64,000 bases of DNA from an uncultured Nitrososphaerota archaeon (GCA_963701075.1 OY969559.1:320001-384000); one strand, 5' to 3'; numbered from the stretch's first letter, positions 1 through 11,335 are shown. Translations and numbers: made by a program. The notes: generated by a model from the sequence alone, not told the origin.

Positions 1-62
1 TCTGCTCTATCTATCGTAATTTGGACAATGTCATTCTCTTTTTCTACCTTGAGATACTGCAT
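1..62 (-). CDS. Enoyl-CoA hydratase/crotonase-family protein, N-terminal fragment (runs off window)
   Basis: Hand translation MQYLKVEKENDIVQITIDRA resembles the crotonase N-terminus; only 20 codons visible. Confidence 0.5.
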   Translation of the reverse strand, partial: MQYLKVEKENDIVQITIDRA

Positions 63-151
63 ATCAAAACATCATGAATCTCCAAATTAAACTTTAGAAC
101 TGAAAGAAAATAGAAACTGAGTTATACCTCACTTCGTACAATTGAGCTGCT

Positions 152-979
152 TTGAATTCGTTGGGCTTACTATCTGCTGTTGGTGCAGCCATATGTTGGG
201 GAAGTTTTTTTGTTCCCATTAGAAAAGTTAGAGTTACAGACATCTGGCAATTGCAGGGTGCTACTGGCATAGGTGTCATCCTATTTGCTATTCCAATTGG
301 CTTTTTATGGGGGTTCCAAGTTTTGCCAGCAGGATTACTAAGTGGGGCAATATGGACAGCTGGAAATGTACTTGCTCTTTATTCTGTTAGATTGATTGGT
401 CTTTCTAGGACATCTCCATTTCTTGCAGGTTTTAGCATTCTCGTATCATTCTTGTGGGGGATTTTGTATTTTGATGAGAAATTCAACTACATGGTTCTTG
501 CCATTATTGCAGTGGGATTGTTGCTTGGCGGATTGATTTTTATCTCAAATACATCAAAGAACCAACCCGTACGGAAGAAGGGATATCTCATTGCAGTGGC
601 TTCAGGATTGGTAGGAGGCTCTTACGTTATTCCTCTTCAAGCTACTCATTCACTTCAAGCCGGATTCTTTTCATCTAGCCTTTCCATCTTTGCAATTGGC
701 ATACCATTGTTATTACTTTCAAGAAAATTTGCAAAAAGAGAAATGATGGCAGGAGTTCTTTCTGGAGGTTTATTCAACATAGGAAGCTTATCGGTCTTGA
801 TAGCCGTTGGATTGATTGGAATTACTGTAGCCTATCCCATATCACAGACAGCTACGCTATTTGCAATCTCTTGGGGAGTTTTGTATTTTAGGGAAATTGT
901 TCATAGAGAGAGCATATTCAGAGTCATTACTGGCGCTGGCCTAATATTGTGTGGAGCTGCATTGATCACAATTGCCTAG
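152..979 (+). CDS. DMT-superfamily (GRP/EamA-like) membrane transporter
   Basis: 275 aa, about 10 hydrophobic helices in two repeats; WGSFFVP and WGVLYFRE motifs typical of the GRP family. Confidence 0.8.
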   Translation: MNSLGLLSAVGAAICWGSFFVPIRKVRVTDIWQLQGATGIGVILFAIPIGFLWGFQVLPAGLLSGAIWTAGNVLALYSVRLIGLSRTSPFLAGFSILVSFLWGILYFDEKFNYMVLAIIAVGLLLGGLIFISNTSKNQPVRKKGYLIAVASGLVGGSYVIPLQATHSLQAGFFSSSLSIFAIGIPLLLLSRKFAKREMMAGVLSGGLFNIGSLSVLIAVGLIGITVAYPISQTATLFAISWGVLYFREIVHRESIFRVITGAGLILCGAALITIA

Positions 980-1017
980 TCAAGCATTTTATTTGGTCAA
1001 AAATTACCGTATTCAAA

Positions 1018-1692
1018 TTGAAAGCAATTGTAGTATTTAGTGGTGGAATAGACTCTGTATGCACTGCCATCTATTTGCGTAAACGTTATGACATTTACGG
1101 GATCACTTTTTCATATGGTCAAAAGGCTGATCAGGAAATAAGTGCGGCAAAGCATTTTTCTAAAGTACTGAAATTTCGGGAGCATAAGATAATTGATATA
1201 GAATTCATGAAAGGATTGTATGAAAAGACAAATGCCTTGACATATTCAAAAATGAACATACCATCCAAGTTCGACTATTCGATAGTTGTTCCAATAAGAA
1301 ATGCTGTCTTTCTTTCCATAGCATCTGCTTGGGCGTTTTCAAAAAATGCTAATCTAGTGGCCTATGGAGCTCACAAAGACAATCAGCTGTATCCAGATTG
1401 TAGACCCAAATTTTCCAGATTACTTGCAGATGCACTTAATGAAGGAGAGATTGATGGCATAAGAAAAGGTTTGAGAAAGAAGATTAGAATATGGAGCCCG
1501 TTTATCGGAGGCCTTTCTAAGAGTAATCTTCTCAAGATAGGTCATGGTTTGCTTGGGGATGACATATTCAAAACTTGGAGTTGCTATTCTCAATCAAAAA
1601 TACACTGTGGAAAATGTGAATCCTGCAATAATAGAAAGATGGCTTTTCGTCAGGCAAACATGATAGATAGAACTAGATACAAAATCAACTAG
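1018..1692 (+). CDS. queC: 7-cyano-7-deazaguanine (preQ0) synthase
   Basis: SGGIDS PP-loop, VPIRN, YPDCR and C-terminal CY..CGKCESC zinc motif; probable TTG start at 1018. Confidence 0.95.
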   Translation: MKAIVVFSGGIDSVCTAIYLRKRYDIYGITFSYGQKADQEISAAKHFSKVLKFREHKIIDIEFMKGLYEKTNALTYSKMNIPSKFDYSIVVPIRNAVFLSIASAWAFSKNANLVAYGAHKDNQLYPDCRPKFSRLLADALNEGEIDGIRKGLRKKIRIWSPFIGGLSKSNLLKIGHGLLGDDIFKTWSCYSQSKIHCGKCESCNNRKMAFRQANMIDRTRYKIN

Positions 1693-1693
1693 T

Positions 1694-1945
1694 CTAGATT
1701 TTTAGTGCTGGTCTTTTTAAAAGGAGCGGACGCACGATAAGGTAGTATAATGGATATGGTACGCCGACAAGACCCCAAAAGATCCAATTAGTCATGGATT
1801 CATCAAAACCTAATTTTTTAAAATAATCCATTGAATTTGCTGCAAGTAGCATTCCAACTGCCATTATGATGAAGAACTCTACTGCATACCATGCAAAGGC
1901 TGGCCAAGAGTCTTTTGGAATAAAGATATTGTTATGTACAACCAC
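1694..1945 (-). CDS. Small membrane protein (2 TM)
   Basis: 83 aa with two hydrophobic segments, co-oriented downstream of folE. Confidence 0.7.
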   Translation of the reverse strand: MVVHNNIFIPKDSWPAFAWYAVEFFIIMAVGMLLAANSMDYFKKLGFDESMTNWIFWGLVGVPYPLYYLIVRPLLLKRPALKI

Positions 1946-1984
1946 GTTTGTTGTGAATTAGATGTTATTATTTAGTTTTTCAGA

Positions 1985-2548
1985 TTAGACGATATTTGGT
2001 CTGGATCTACCGCTATAAATTAAACTTAGAACATCAGTTCTTGCTTCTTTTGTATCATAAACGCCTCTTGAGGCAATAGTTGTAACCGTAGAGTCATTTC
2101 GTACGCCACGCATTTTCATGCAAAGGTGTTCTCCTTCTGCTATCACTAATACCCCCTTTACTCCTTCAGAATGCAATTCATCTGCGATATTTTTTGTAAT
2201 TCTCTCTTGGATTTGCAGTCTAGCTGAGTATTTTTCTACAAGACGAACTAACTTTGATATGCCAAATACCTTACCGTTTGGAGCATATGCTATTGTAATC
2301 TTACCAAAGAATGGCAACATGTGGTGTTCACACATTGAGTAAAATTGTATATCTTTTGCTATAACCACGTCAGAATCTTCGGAGAATTTAACTGAGAGTT
2401 CTGACTCTGCATCATATCCTTTGAAGATCTCTTCATACATGTCTGCGATTCTGCTTGGAGTGTCCACTAGACCCTCTCTTGTCGGATCTTCGCCTATCTC
2501 GGCAATCAATTCTCGAATTAGTTTTTTTACTCTCTCTTTGTTCATCAT
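1985..2548 (-). CDS. folE: GTP cyclohydrolase I
   Basis: GEDPTREGLVDTP, SMCEHH, LQIQER, HLCMKMRG motifs. Confidence 0.96.
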   Translation of the reverse strand: MMNKERVKKLIRELIAEIGEDPTREGLVDTPSRIADMYEEIFKGYDAESELSVKFSEDSDVVIAKDIQFYSMCEHHMLPFFGKITIAYAPNGKVFGISKLVRLVEKYSARLQIQERITKNIADELHSEGVKGVLVIAEGEHLCMKMRGVRNDSTVTTIASRGVYDTKEARTDVLSLIYSGRSRPNIV

Positions 2549-3258
2549 GGCGCTCCTATGAATTTGTGTAACTGAGGTATGATACGTACTTCTTCATAAT
2601 AAACGTGAACCGCGTCATAGAAGTCTAGAAGTTGCTTCAAATCTGGCTCTTCCATACCATACGTGGGCTGTATTATAAATCCTGCAACTTTGGACTTTGA
2701 TGTGATATCAAAAATGTTCTTGAGAAGCTGTCTGAAGTGTTCGATCTTGGTTCTTGAGCTCACAACTATTTTGATGTAAGTCACTTTACCAGAATCGATG
2801 GCAAGTTTCAAACATTGTAATTCATTTTCTAAAAGTTTAGAATAATGATCTTCATCTACAAATTCAGAATCAAGAGTTTTGAACTCAATTTTGATGTAGT
2901 CAAAGTAGGGTAAAACTTGGCCAAATCTCACAGAATCAAAACAAGATGACTCTAGGTAGGTTGGAATTTTCTTTTGTTGTACAAATTTTGCCAATTCAGA
3001 TACCGCTTCAGATTGGATAAGCGGATCTCCCCCAGTAAAATTTACTTTGTATGTATTTTTTGCCAGACTGTTTTCAATTAGCTTTTTTGCCTCATCCAAC
3101 GAATATTCTCTTCCTGATGTCATAGGTAATGCTTCTTTTGTATCACAGTAGAAACATTTGAAAGGGCACCCTGCTAGCCTAACAAAAAGCGTCTTGGTAC
3201 CATAGAGAATTCCTTCTCCTTCCACTGATGTGAATATTTCGTACAGTCTTACCTTCAA
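2545..3258 (-). CDS. queE: 7-carboxy-7-deazaguanine synthase (radical SAM)
   Basis: EIFTSVEGEG, FVRLAGCPFKCFYCDT, TGGDP, PQLHK. Confidence 0.93.
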   Translation of the reverse strand: MKVRLYEIFTSVEGEGILYGTKTLFVRLAGCPFKCFYCDTKEALPMTSGREYSLDEAKKLIENSLAKNTYKVNFTGGDPLIQSEAVSELAKFVQQKKIPTYLESSCFDSVRFGQVLPYFDYIKIEFKTLDSEFVDEDHYSKLLENELQCLKLAIDSGKVTYIKIVVSSRTKIEHFRQLLKNIFDITSKSKVAGFIIQPTYGMEEPDLKQLLDFYDAVHVYYEEVRIIPQLHKFIGAP

Positions 3259-3356
3259 GTATTCGATCTCTGTTTGTTCAGTATTTATTTAATTGGATTC
3301 CATAATGAACAATTTTTACCAAAATGATTTATTTGATTAGAGAGAGGGATCACACA

Positions 3357-5811
3357 GTGAGAAAAATAATTCTCCTGTTCATATTTGCAATTTCAATAAT
3401 TTTTATCACTTACCAACAGGCAAGTGCCATAACCATCACTACAACTCCCATAAATATCACTGCAACTCCCCGGACTCCTGTTTTTGGTCCAAATGACCCG
3501 ATATTTGTGAATCTTAAAATTCAAGGATATAATGGAGGTCCAGTAGCTCTGGATAGCCCATAGGCCAAATAATTCCACAATATCAGGTAATCTTACCCAG
3601 ATAAGAGGAGATGGATCTGCTGTACATGAAATAGTAAGAAATGCTTTTGACAATTATTTTGGAAATTGGTCGATTGATTACACATACGACGGCGTAAATC
3701 AAACAGCTAGTTTCAAGGTAAATCCAATCGTGTTAACTGTTTTCACTGGAAAGGATCTCTATTATGAACCAGATATGATGAACATTAACATCACCACTTC
3801 ATATTACGTACCAGCTGTACAGCAAGCAGAATTTTTCTATCTAAATTTTTATGACCAAAAGGGAAATATTGTAAAGGACATACCTCAGATCGAAATAAGA
3901 GCAACTCAGCCTAGCATAATTTACAATTTTCATATGACAGAACTTGCAGATTACCATCCACCTGGACTGTACAAGCTAAATATTCAGTATTATAACACGG
4001 TGGTCCAAGTACCATTTCTTTTGGGTAAATATTCTGATCTCATGAAAGTATCCGCACAGACAGACAAGAGTACCTATCAAGTAGGTGATGTTGTTAATAT
4101 GGAATTATTATTCACTAGGGTTACACAGTCTGGAGGCACAATAACAATAACAGGTCCTTCTGGAGATGTCACTACTCACAAGTTTCGTGTATATTCTGTA
4201 CACACCCCTCTAGTTTTAGATAATGTAACAAAGAATATTGGAACATACAATTATGTAGTCCAGTACGGAGGCGTTAGTCAATCAGGCTCGTTCAGTGTCA
4301 TTGCAAATCCAGCACCGCTACCAAATATAGAATTTGATGTATTTCTTGACAAGTTAAACTACAGGCCAGGGGATATTATTCATGTAAAGATTCACACCTC
4401 TCAGGTCATCACAAATTCGACAAGCCTTTGGGTTATAGATCCGTACTCTATAGAATATCCAAGATTATCTTTGCCAATAACTGCAATTGATACAATATTG
4501 TCACATAAGATAGGTAAGAATGCTATTTCTGGTCAATGGGAACTTTACATAGATTATGATGGAATAGTCAGATCTACTCCTTATTTTGTTAGTGGTCCCT
4601 CAGTGGATAATATAGAAATGCTCAATGCAAATCATTCTGGTGTACCTGTTTTTGTATCAAACTTTGCAACAAACTTTACTGCTCCAACCGGAATAGCTAT
4701 TGATTCTAATGGTGACATTTATGTTGTAGATTCTGGAAGCTCCCAAGTAAAAAAATTCGATTCTAATGGAAAATTGTTGTTATCATGGGGAAGTCTAGGA
4801 TCAGGGAATGGTCAACTATTACATCCACATGGAATATTTGTTGGAACAAAATACGTCTTTGTTGCCGATACAGGAAACGCAAGAATAGATGTGTTTGATA
4901 AAGATAATGGAGATTTTATTTATTCTTGGGGGAGTTATGGCGATAACAGAGGAATGTTTCATACTCCAGTTGGGCTTGCTGCAGACAGTCAAGGAGATCT
5001 TCTCGTTGCAGATTCAGGAAGAAACACGATTCAAGAATTTAATAAAAATTTTACTTTCATGAATGAATTCAAGCCTTTACGTACAGACTATGGTAATTTT
5101 ACAGCAACTAATGGAATAGCGCTTGATTCCAAAGGCAATATCTATGTATCTTCGCCAGATGACAAGATTCTAGAATTCTCAAGCATTGGTAATTTCATGA
5201 ACTTCTTTGGTTCTCAAGGCTCAGAAGAGGGGAGATTCAACAACCCTACAGCAATAGCAATAGACTCGAATGGTAACTTTTACGTTGCGGATACTTTGAA
5301 CCACCGCATTCAAAAATTTGATCCTTATGGAAATTTTGTTTTGAGTTGGGGATTGGTAGGAACTTCAGCAGGTCAATTTGGGGACCCTGTTGGACTTGCA
5401 ATAGACCAGTCAAATAGTATCTATGTGGTAGACGAGAAAAACAATAACATTCAGAAATTTTGGTTATATGGAATGGCTTCCCCGGCAATACCTGCACCAA
5501 CACCATCAACTCAGCCTACACCAACACCTCCATCTCCACCTACAAACTCAACTGTACCCATTACACCACCCACACCAGCTGTCAACTCAACTGTACCCAT
5601 TACACCATCAACTCAGCCTACACCAACACCTCCATCTCCACCTACAAACTCAACTGTACCCATTACACCATCAACTCAACCTACACCAACACCACAACCA
5701 ATCCCGCAGACATCAGAAGAAACCAAAGGTTCAAACGAATATGTCGATCCAAAAGAAAGGAGTTTGGTGCTTGGAATGATCAGTCAATGGGAGAAGAACA
5801 ATTTACATTAA
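3357..5811 (+). CDS. Secreted/surface protein with Ig-like domains, NHL-repeat beta-propeller and Pro/Thr linker; apparent +1 frameshift near 3547
   Basis: Signal peptide in 3357-3545; open frame from 3550 (WIAHRPNNS...) runs into ORF 3730-5811; repeated PxGIAIDSxGxIYVxD NHL motifs. Confidence 0.8.
5500..5670 (+). repeat. Perfect 69-bp direct repeat (5500-5568, 5602-5670) encoding the Pro/Thr linker
   Basis: acaccatcaactcagcctaca...cccattacacca occurs twice 102 bp apart, with partial extra copies. Confidence 0.9.
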
Positions 5812-5912
5812 AAGGAAAACCAATATGCACAGTGATTGGTTTATAGACAAACTCCAGATTCGATAGAACTCGGAATCTTATTAAATATCGACTTTATAGG
5901 TTGATGTAGGTA

Positions 5913-6656
5913 ATGAGTAGCTCAAATTTTGAGGAAACTGGCAGTGCGTTATTGTCATCAAAAGAATTAAGAAAAATATCAGATGATATGAAAAATGATC
6001 TGGAAGTTATAACCAAATTTATGGAAGATACAATAAAATACTCTGTAGAAGAAAAAACCAAGGCAGCTGCGCTCAAATCCATGGTAATTGAAAAGGAAGA
6101 CGAGGTAAGAAAAATATCAGAAGAAATTGCTTCTGGAGAAAAGAGAATAACCAATAACGAAAATATTATTGCTATGCTTGAAAAAGAATTGAATAACCTT
6201 AAAACCGCAATGGAAGGAATCAAAGCTATAACATCCGATCTCGATTCACTAGATGCGGAAAAGGCTGTTGGATCATTAAAAGGAACTCTGATAAAGAAAC
6301 AGACAGATCTTGAGAAAGCCAGAGGCGAGCTTAATTCATCAAGGAAACTCAAAGACCTTGCCACTAGAAGGCTTTCCGAGGCAGAAACATCACTTCAAGA
6401 TACAAAAAAACATTATTCAGAAAAAATGTCAAGTGCAGATCTACTTGCAGAGAATGTTGAAAAGTCCATTTCCCACATAGTACAAACATACGGTGATGTG
6501 ATGACTGTGGCAAAGGAGTTATTGATGGAAAATTTAGGATCACGATATTCAACTCAACCGGAAGTTGGCCTGAAACAACAAACAGTTGCTGGAACAACAG
6601 GAAGTGGATTCCAATCTAAAGACTCAGGAAAGGACAGAGAACCCCTTGCCATATAA
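5913..6656 (+). CDS. Coiled-coil protein of unknown function
   Basis: 247 aa, E/K/L-rich heptad pattern, no TM. Confidence 0.75.
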   Translation: MSSSNFEETGSALLSSKELRKISDDMKNDLEVITKFMEDTIKYSVEEKTKAAALKSMVIEKEDEVRKISEEIASGEKRITNNENIIAMLEKELNNLKTAMEGIKAITSDLDSLDAEKAVGSLKGTLIKKQTDLEKARGELNSSRKLKDLATRRLSEAETSLQDTKKHYSEKMSSADLLAENVEKSISHIVQTYGDVMTVAKELLMENLGSRYSTQPEVGLKQQTVAGTTGSGFQSKDSGKDREPLAI

Positions 6657-6713
6657 AAAACAGTCCAAGTTTTTTAAGTCAACAAAACACACCTTGTGTA
6701 AAAGATAAGACCT

Positions 6714-7184
6714 ATGTTAAATGATAATGATGCACATCAGCTGAGAATCAGGAAATTGCAGGAAAGACTTTCCAGCATCTCAAGTGGACTCAGGAAGGAC
6801 ATAACAACTGAAATACAAAACCGGAAACAGAATGAGATTAGTACTGTTTATTCCCCTACTATATCTTCCTCAGAGCAGATACAACAAAAACAACCTTACG
6901 ACAAAGCAAAAAAGGAATCATCTGTCGAGGAAATATTGCAACAGCTTAAACATATAGTAGAACACGAACGATTAGAAACAAGAACCATGGAAACTCAACA
7001 AAAACAAATACCCCATGATAAAGAGCCAGACAGAGGTTTGAAAACACAGGAATCGAATCAATCTCTTCCTGAACAAAACGTTGTACAGGATAGTAAACAG
7101 TGGCAACCTTGGAAATTTATTCCAAGGGAAAAATTAAGTTATCTGGAGAAAAAAACACTAAACAAATTCTTTAAAAAACACTGA
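6714..7184 (+). CDS. Hypothetical Q/E/K-rich protein
   Basis: 156 aa ORF, low complexity, partly helical. Confidence 0.6.
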   Translation: MLNDNDAHQLRIRKLQERLSSISSGLRKDITTEIQNRKQNEISTVYSPTISSSEQIQQKQPYDKAKKESSVEEILQQLKHIVEHERLETRTMETQQKQIPHDKEPDRGLKTQESNQSLPEQNVVQDSKQWQPWKFIPREKLSYLEKKTLNKFFKKH

Positions 7185-7366
7185 TCGTACAATTTATTTT
7201 GGAACTTACTGTTGTGCCAGAAAATATGAAATTCTGTTCTTGAAAATGACAATCCTAGATTTCACATTTGCTAACATCCAGGTTTACTTTGCCTTGAGTT
7301 AAGCCATAAAATTCTTTAAGAACTGATTTAAGAGAGATAGATTTTAGAAAAGGAAGGTAAAATGAC

Positions 7367-8362
7367 ATGACAAAAATAATTTTGGCTGCGATTATTGTGG
7401 CAATCTCGGTAGCTTTCATAGGTTTTCCACATTCCTTTTCCGATCCGCTCGCTAATACAACTGTATCAGTTAAAACAGATAAAACCTCATACAACATTGG
7501 AGACACTATAGAGATAAGCGGATCTACGACAAATGCTACATCTGATAAATTGGTTTTAAAAATATTCAATAGTAAGGCAGAATTAGTCTGGCTGTTTCAG
7601 GTAGATTTGGGTAGAAACAATACATTCGAAACAGCCTTGCCACTATCAGACCCAGCTTGGAAAGAATCAGTATTTTATGTTTTGACTGCAAAAACAGGTG
7701 AAACAATAGGCGCAACGTCATTTGAAATAAACCAGGCTCCTAGTTCCCAAGAAACAACAACCTCAATAGTATCAAAAACATTTGATAAATTTCTTCAAAA
7801 CATATTCTTTCTTCCAATTGTTGGAATCTTCATAATAGGAATAACGGTCTATGTTCTATATTCAAGAAGAGTCCAAAAAAACGTTGGAAGCTTAAAGCAA
7901 GAATCCCTACCATTAATAACATTTGATACTCCTTCTCCTGCTAAAGTATACCTGAGCCGTGGCACAAGCATGAGTTACGAAGGATGGAATAAAATTCCAG
8001 AAGATCAGAGACCAGAAATTAATTCCGTTGAGTTCTGGATTGCAATTAAAAATATTGGAGGAAATACCGCTAAAAATATTACAGCTTTGTTTCTTCAAAA
8101 AGACGAAATGTTTTCAAGGCAGGACATGGAAAAAGAAAAAAATGCGGATAAACAGGTATCGCTCCCAGAATTAACTCTAGGCGAATTTTATTATTGGAAT
8201 TTTAAAATTTCTTGGGATAGATTTGTTAGACTGGAAAAGAGTAATCTTTTTGTTGGATTGTTAATATCTTATGATAAACACAAGACTAGGGATCATTCTG
8301 GCATAATTTTTGGGATTGGGAAAGGTGGTGGTTATACGATGGATGAATGGTTTACACATTAG
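7367..8362 (+). CDS. Single-pass membrane protein with extracellular Ig-like domain and cytoplasmic beta domain
   Basis: Signal peptide, VKTDKTSYNIGDTIEISG Ig-like start, TM at IFFLPIVGIFIIGITVYVLY. Confidence 0.75.
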   Translation: MTKIILAAIIVAISVAFIGFPHSFSDPLANTTVSVKTDKTSYNIGDTIEISGSTTNATSDKLVLKIFNSKAELVWLFQVDLGRNNTFETALPLSDPAWKESVFYVLTAKTGETIGATSFEINQAPSSQETTTSIVSKTFDKFLQNIFFLPIVGIFIIGITVYVLYSRRVQKNVGSLKQESLPLITFDTPSPAKVYLSRGTSMSYEGWNKIPEDQRPEINSVEFWIAIKNIGGNTAKNITALFLQKDEMFSRQDMEKEKNADKQVSLPELTLGEFYYWNFKISWDRFVRLEKSNLFVGLLISYDKHKTRDHSGIIFGIGKGGGYTMDEWFTH

Positions 8363-8504
8363 TGTTCAAACCTACAACTATCGCGAACCCATTATCTCTG
8401 TGGAATCACATACATTGACTTCTTTTTTTCGGCAGGTTTTAGAGCTCTGAATCCTTTGCAATAAATTGTCAATTTTCCTTCATTTCTGTTGGAATTTTGA
8501 AAGT

Positions 8505-8702
8505 TTAAGATACAATTTGCTTGGTCTTTCTTGCAAACAGTCCTGCAATGAATATCAGAGCACCAAGAATTCCGATAAGACTTCCAACAAACTCTATGGT
8601 ATCACTAAGATTGAATTGCATTGGAGCAAGAAATACGGCAAGTATTGCACCTATTACAATCATTGGTATCCCAATACCTATTGAGATTTGTTTTGAAACC
8701 AT
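8505..8702 (-). CDS. Small membrane protein (2 TM)
   Basis: 65 aa, two hydrophobic helices. Confidence 0.7.
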   Translation of the reverse strand: MVSKQISIGIGIPMIVIGAILAVFLAPMQFNLSDTIEFVGSLIGILGALIFIAGLFARKTKQIVS

Positions 8703-8835
8703 CAGCTATGCTCCAATCAAAAATCTATATGAATTTTATGAAATGCATCCTGTGTAGAAAACAATAGTTTTAGTCTAAATAAAGACCATATACAGGATCA
8801 AGATTTTTTATTAATTTTGATGGTGATTTTGGATT

Positions 8836-9816
8836 TCAGGTTTTTTTGTGATAGTTGTGTCCTGCACCTTGCCCTGACGCCGTAATGTTTGTAGGTGAAG
8901 ATGGGTATGTTGGAATAGGCGGGGGTGTATTGTGTACAGTCGAGTTCGTATGTGAAGATATCTCTACAGATTTCTCAGTTAACTGGGCTTTTTGATAAGC
9001 TTGAATTATCTTTATCAGATTTATTGCTTGGTCTACTTTACCCTCAGATACTAACTGCTTGAGTTCTGTAACCATATCTTTGGGATTGTTTTCTGCAGTA
9101 ATGTTAGAATTGTTTGTAATAGATGCAGCACGAGACGAATTCATGGGTATGAGGTTTTGTGTGGCATTAAGTTGACTAGTATTATTGAGTTGCACAATTT
9201 GGTTTTCAGCAAAATTTTTCTCCCTTTCAGAAATTCTCTCTTGTGCGATATTAGTTAGAGAGTTATGTGTTTCAATAACAAAGTCGTTAGCATTTTGTAA
9301 TTGTTTTGATGCGTCATCAGAATTTCCAGAATCAAGATCTTGGGTGGCGCTCTGAATCATTTCATCAAAGTTTGTAAAATTAATATCTATATTATTTTCT
9401 GATGTGATTGACTTTAGAAGGCTTTCTATATTCTCTAGTCTAGATATCTCTCCTCTCAGTTGTATTATCTTCGTTTTTTGCTGATCATTTGATGATGTTG
9501 TATTAAGTGAGTTTATCTGATCATTTGTTTCTTGAAAGAATTTCATAGCAGCAAGAAAATGTTGTTTAGCTGAATTAGTATCATTTTGGTTTATTGCCTC
9601 TGCTAATGCATCAGTTTCATTGGAACCTTGACTGTAGAGCTGGTTAATTTCATCGGTCACATTACTAATTTGTGATATTGTTATGCTGAGATTATCTCTG
9701 GCTTGAGTAGCAATATTGAGCAAAGTGTCTAACTGCGGATCAGCATAAGATTGGATTGGCATACCAAACATCATGCTTCCAACCAATATCAAAAGAAATG
9801 GTGATAGTGTTTTCAT
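8836..9816 (-). CDS. Secreted alpha-helical protein of unknown function
   Basis: Signal peptide, N/Q-rich helical body; start overlaps upstream stop (ATGA). Confidence 0.75.
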   Translation of the reverse strand: MKTLSPFLLILVGSMMFGMPIQSYADPQLDTLLNIATQARDNLSITISQISNVTDEINQLYSQGSNETDALAEAINQNDTNSAKQHFLAAMKFFQETNDQINSLNTTSSNDQQKTKIIQLRGEISRLENIESLLKSITSENNIDINFTNFDEMIQSATQDLDSGNSDDASKQLQNANDFVIETHNSLTNIAQERISEREKNFAENQIVQLNNTSQLNATQNLIPMNSSRAASITNNSNITAENNPKDMVTELKQLVSEGKVDQAINLIKIIQAYQKAQLTEKSVEISSHTNSTVHNTPPPIPTYPSSPTNITASGQGAGHNYHKKT

Positions 9817-10953
9817 TCTTGGCTCTCCTCAACTTTTCGCAATTTTATGAGATTCTGCTGATCTACTTTTTCTATTTCAACAATTCCTTCTCGTTCTAAT
9901 CGTTTTACTGCTCGCCATGTTGTAGTACGTGGTAGAAGGAATTTCTTGCGAAGTTCACTTTCAAAAACTCTTCCGCCCTTTTCATAGATAAACACTACAA
10001 TGTCTTTGTCTTCCTGACGTAGTTCTGGTTTGAGTCTAAATATTGTTTCTTTATCTGGAGGTGCATAGTTGCTCTGTGGAATCTGAGGTACAGGTATTTC
10101 CTTTGTTATTCTAGATCTTTTCAATATAATAAACATGGCAGCTACTGCTGCTGCAGCACCACCTACAGCTAAAATTGGAATAGTATCATTATTGTTTCCA
10201 GTTGAAATTGGACCAGTGTTGTTGTTTCCAGTTTGTTTTGTAGAAAGAGTTGTTTGTTGTTCCTGAATGGCTGAGTTCTTGGCATCATCGGCGAATGCTT
10301 CTGCATCAGAATATCTTCCTTCATTAAAAGTCTGTATTTGCTTCAGCAAGTTTTTCAGAAGCAAGAGGAGTGCTTATGCCTTCAGAATTTACGGTATTTA
10401 TGAAATCTTGAGCATGTTGAATTGCCAAAGTTGCTGTCTGGCTTGTGCCTAATACACCAAATATGTAACTAATATCTACAGAACCACTTGGAAATGAAAT
10501 GAGTGATTGGCCATTCACAACCTGCAAGTCTGATGGAGTCGTGCTCATGCCTACAATTACAGTATTTGCAGGTAAGAGTATAGAATAACCAACAGGAGAA
10601 TTTACATGAAATGTCCAAGTCTTTCCGCTCTTAGATACAAGATCGGGAGTGTCGTAGTCAACTTTGATTGCAGATGCTCCGAGAGTTTCGACATCTACAT
10701 TATTTGTGTTCATTTTGCTTGAAAGTAATGTTCCATTTTGATCTTGTACAACAAAGTTATCGGTGGTGTTGCCATACAAGCCTAGTATGAAATCAGGGGA
10801 TTGTGGGTCAACGTCGGTTTGATAAAAGATGTGTGTGGTACCATCAGTGTAAATAGTAAATTCGAGCACCTTGGCCGAGCTTAGTGCATACTGAATACAA
10901 GAAGAAAAAGCAAGCAAAAAAAGGCAGACAGCAATTAGCGGGGCCCTTACCAT
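9813..10953 (-). CDS. Membrane-anchored HTH protein (COG2512-like: extracellular domain, TM, C-terminal wHTH); split by one extra base near 10327
   Basis: ORF 10324-11037 ends ...EANTDF and ORF 9813-10364 continues NEGRYSDA after removing one T from a T4 run; C-terminal GGRVFESELRKKFLLPRTTTWRAVKRLEREG HTH. Confidence 0.8.
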
Positions 10954-11041
10954 CGTTGTCAAGATATATGTGATCCTTACAAAAAGCATTGCTTCCGCTT
11001 GCACTTCTGTTGCGATCACCAAAGTTTTCTGGTACATTCTT

Positions 11042-11335
11042 CTAGTACCTTAGGTTAAGTCCCTGAGCTACACCTTGGAATCTCTGGAATTCCTGAAAGA
11101 ATTTGATGCCCTTCTCTGTAATCCTAAATAGTCGGTTCCTGCCAGCTTTTATTGATTCTACCAAGCCTGCATCTATTAGCTTCTGGCACTTTTCCAATAC
11201 TGCGTAGTGAGAGAGATTTGCTCTTCTGGAAATAGCAGAGACTATTACTCCTTGTATTCCACCATCCATGGTTACACCTAAGATATCAGCAATGATACCC
11301 ATTTCTGACCTGTATTGTTGTTTTGACATGGACAT
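11042..11335 (-). CDS. Winged-helix transcriptional regulator (archaeal HTH_45-like)
   Basis: YRSEMGIIADIL...ISRRANLS...LIDAGLV...FRITEKG pattern. Confidence 0.85.
   Translation of the reverse strand: MSMSKQQYRSEMGIIADILGVTMDGGIQGVIVSAISRRANLSHYAVLEKCQKLIDAGLVESIKAGRNRLFRITEKGIKFFQEFQRFQGVAQGLNLRY

Noticed and set aside
1018-3258. 7-deazaguanine DNA-modification (dpd) defence island
   Set aside because: No dpdA/TGT-like or other dpd genes nearby; archaeosine synthesis is the ordinary explanation
5460-5846. His/Gln-rich and Cys/Thr-rich alternative-frame ORFs
   Set aside because: By-products of the Pro/Thr repeat, which lacks stop codons in other frames
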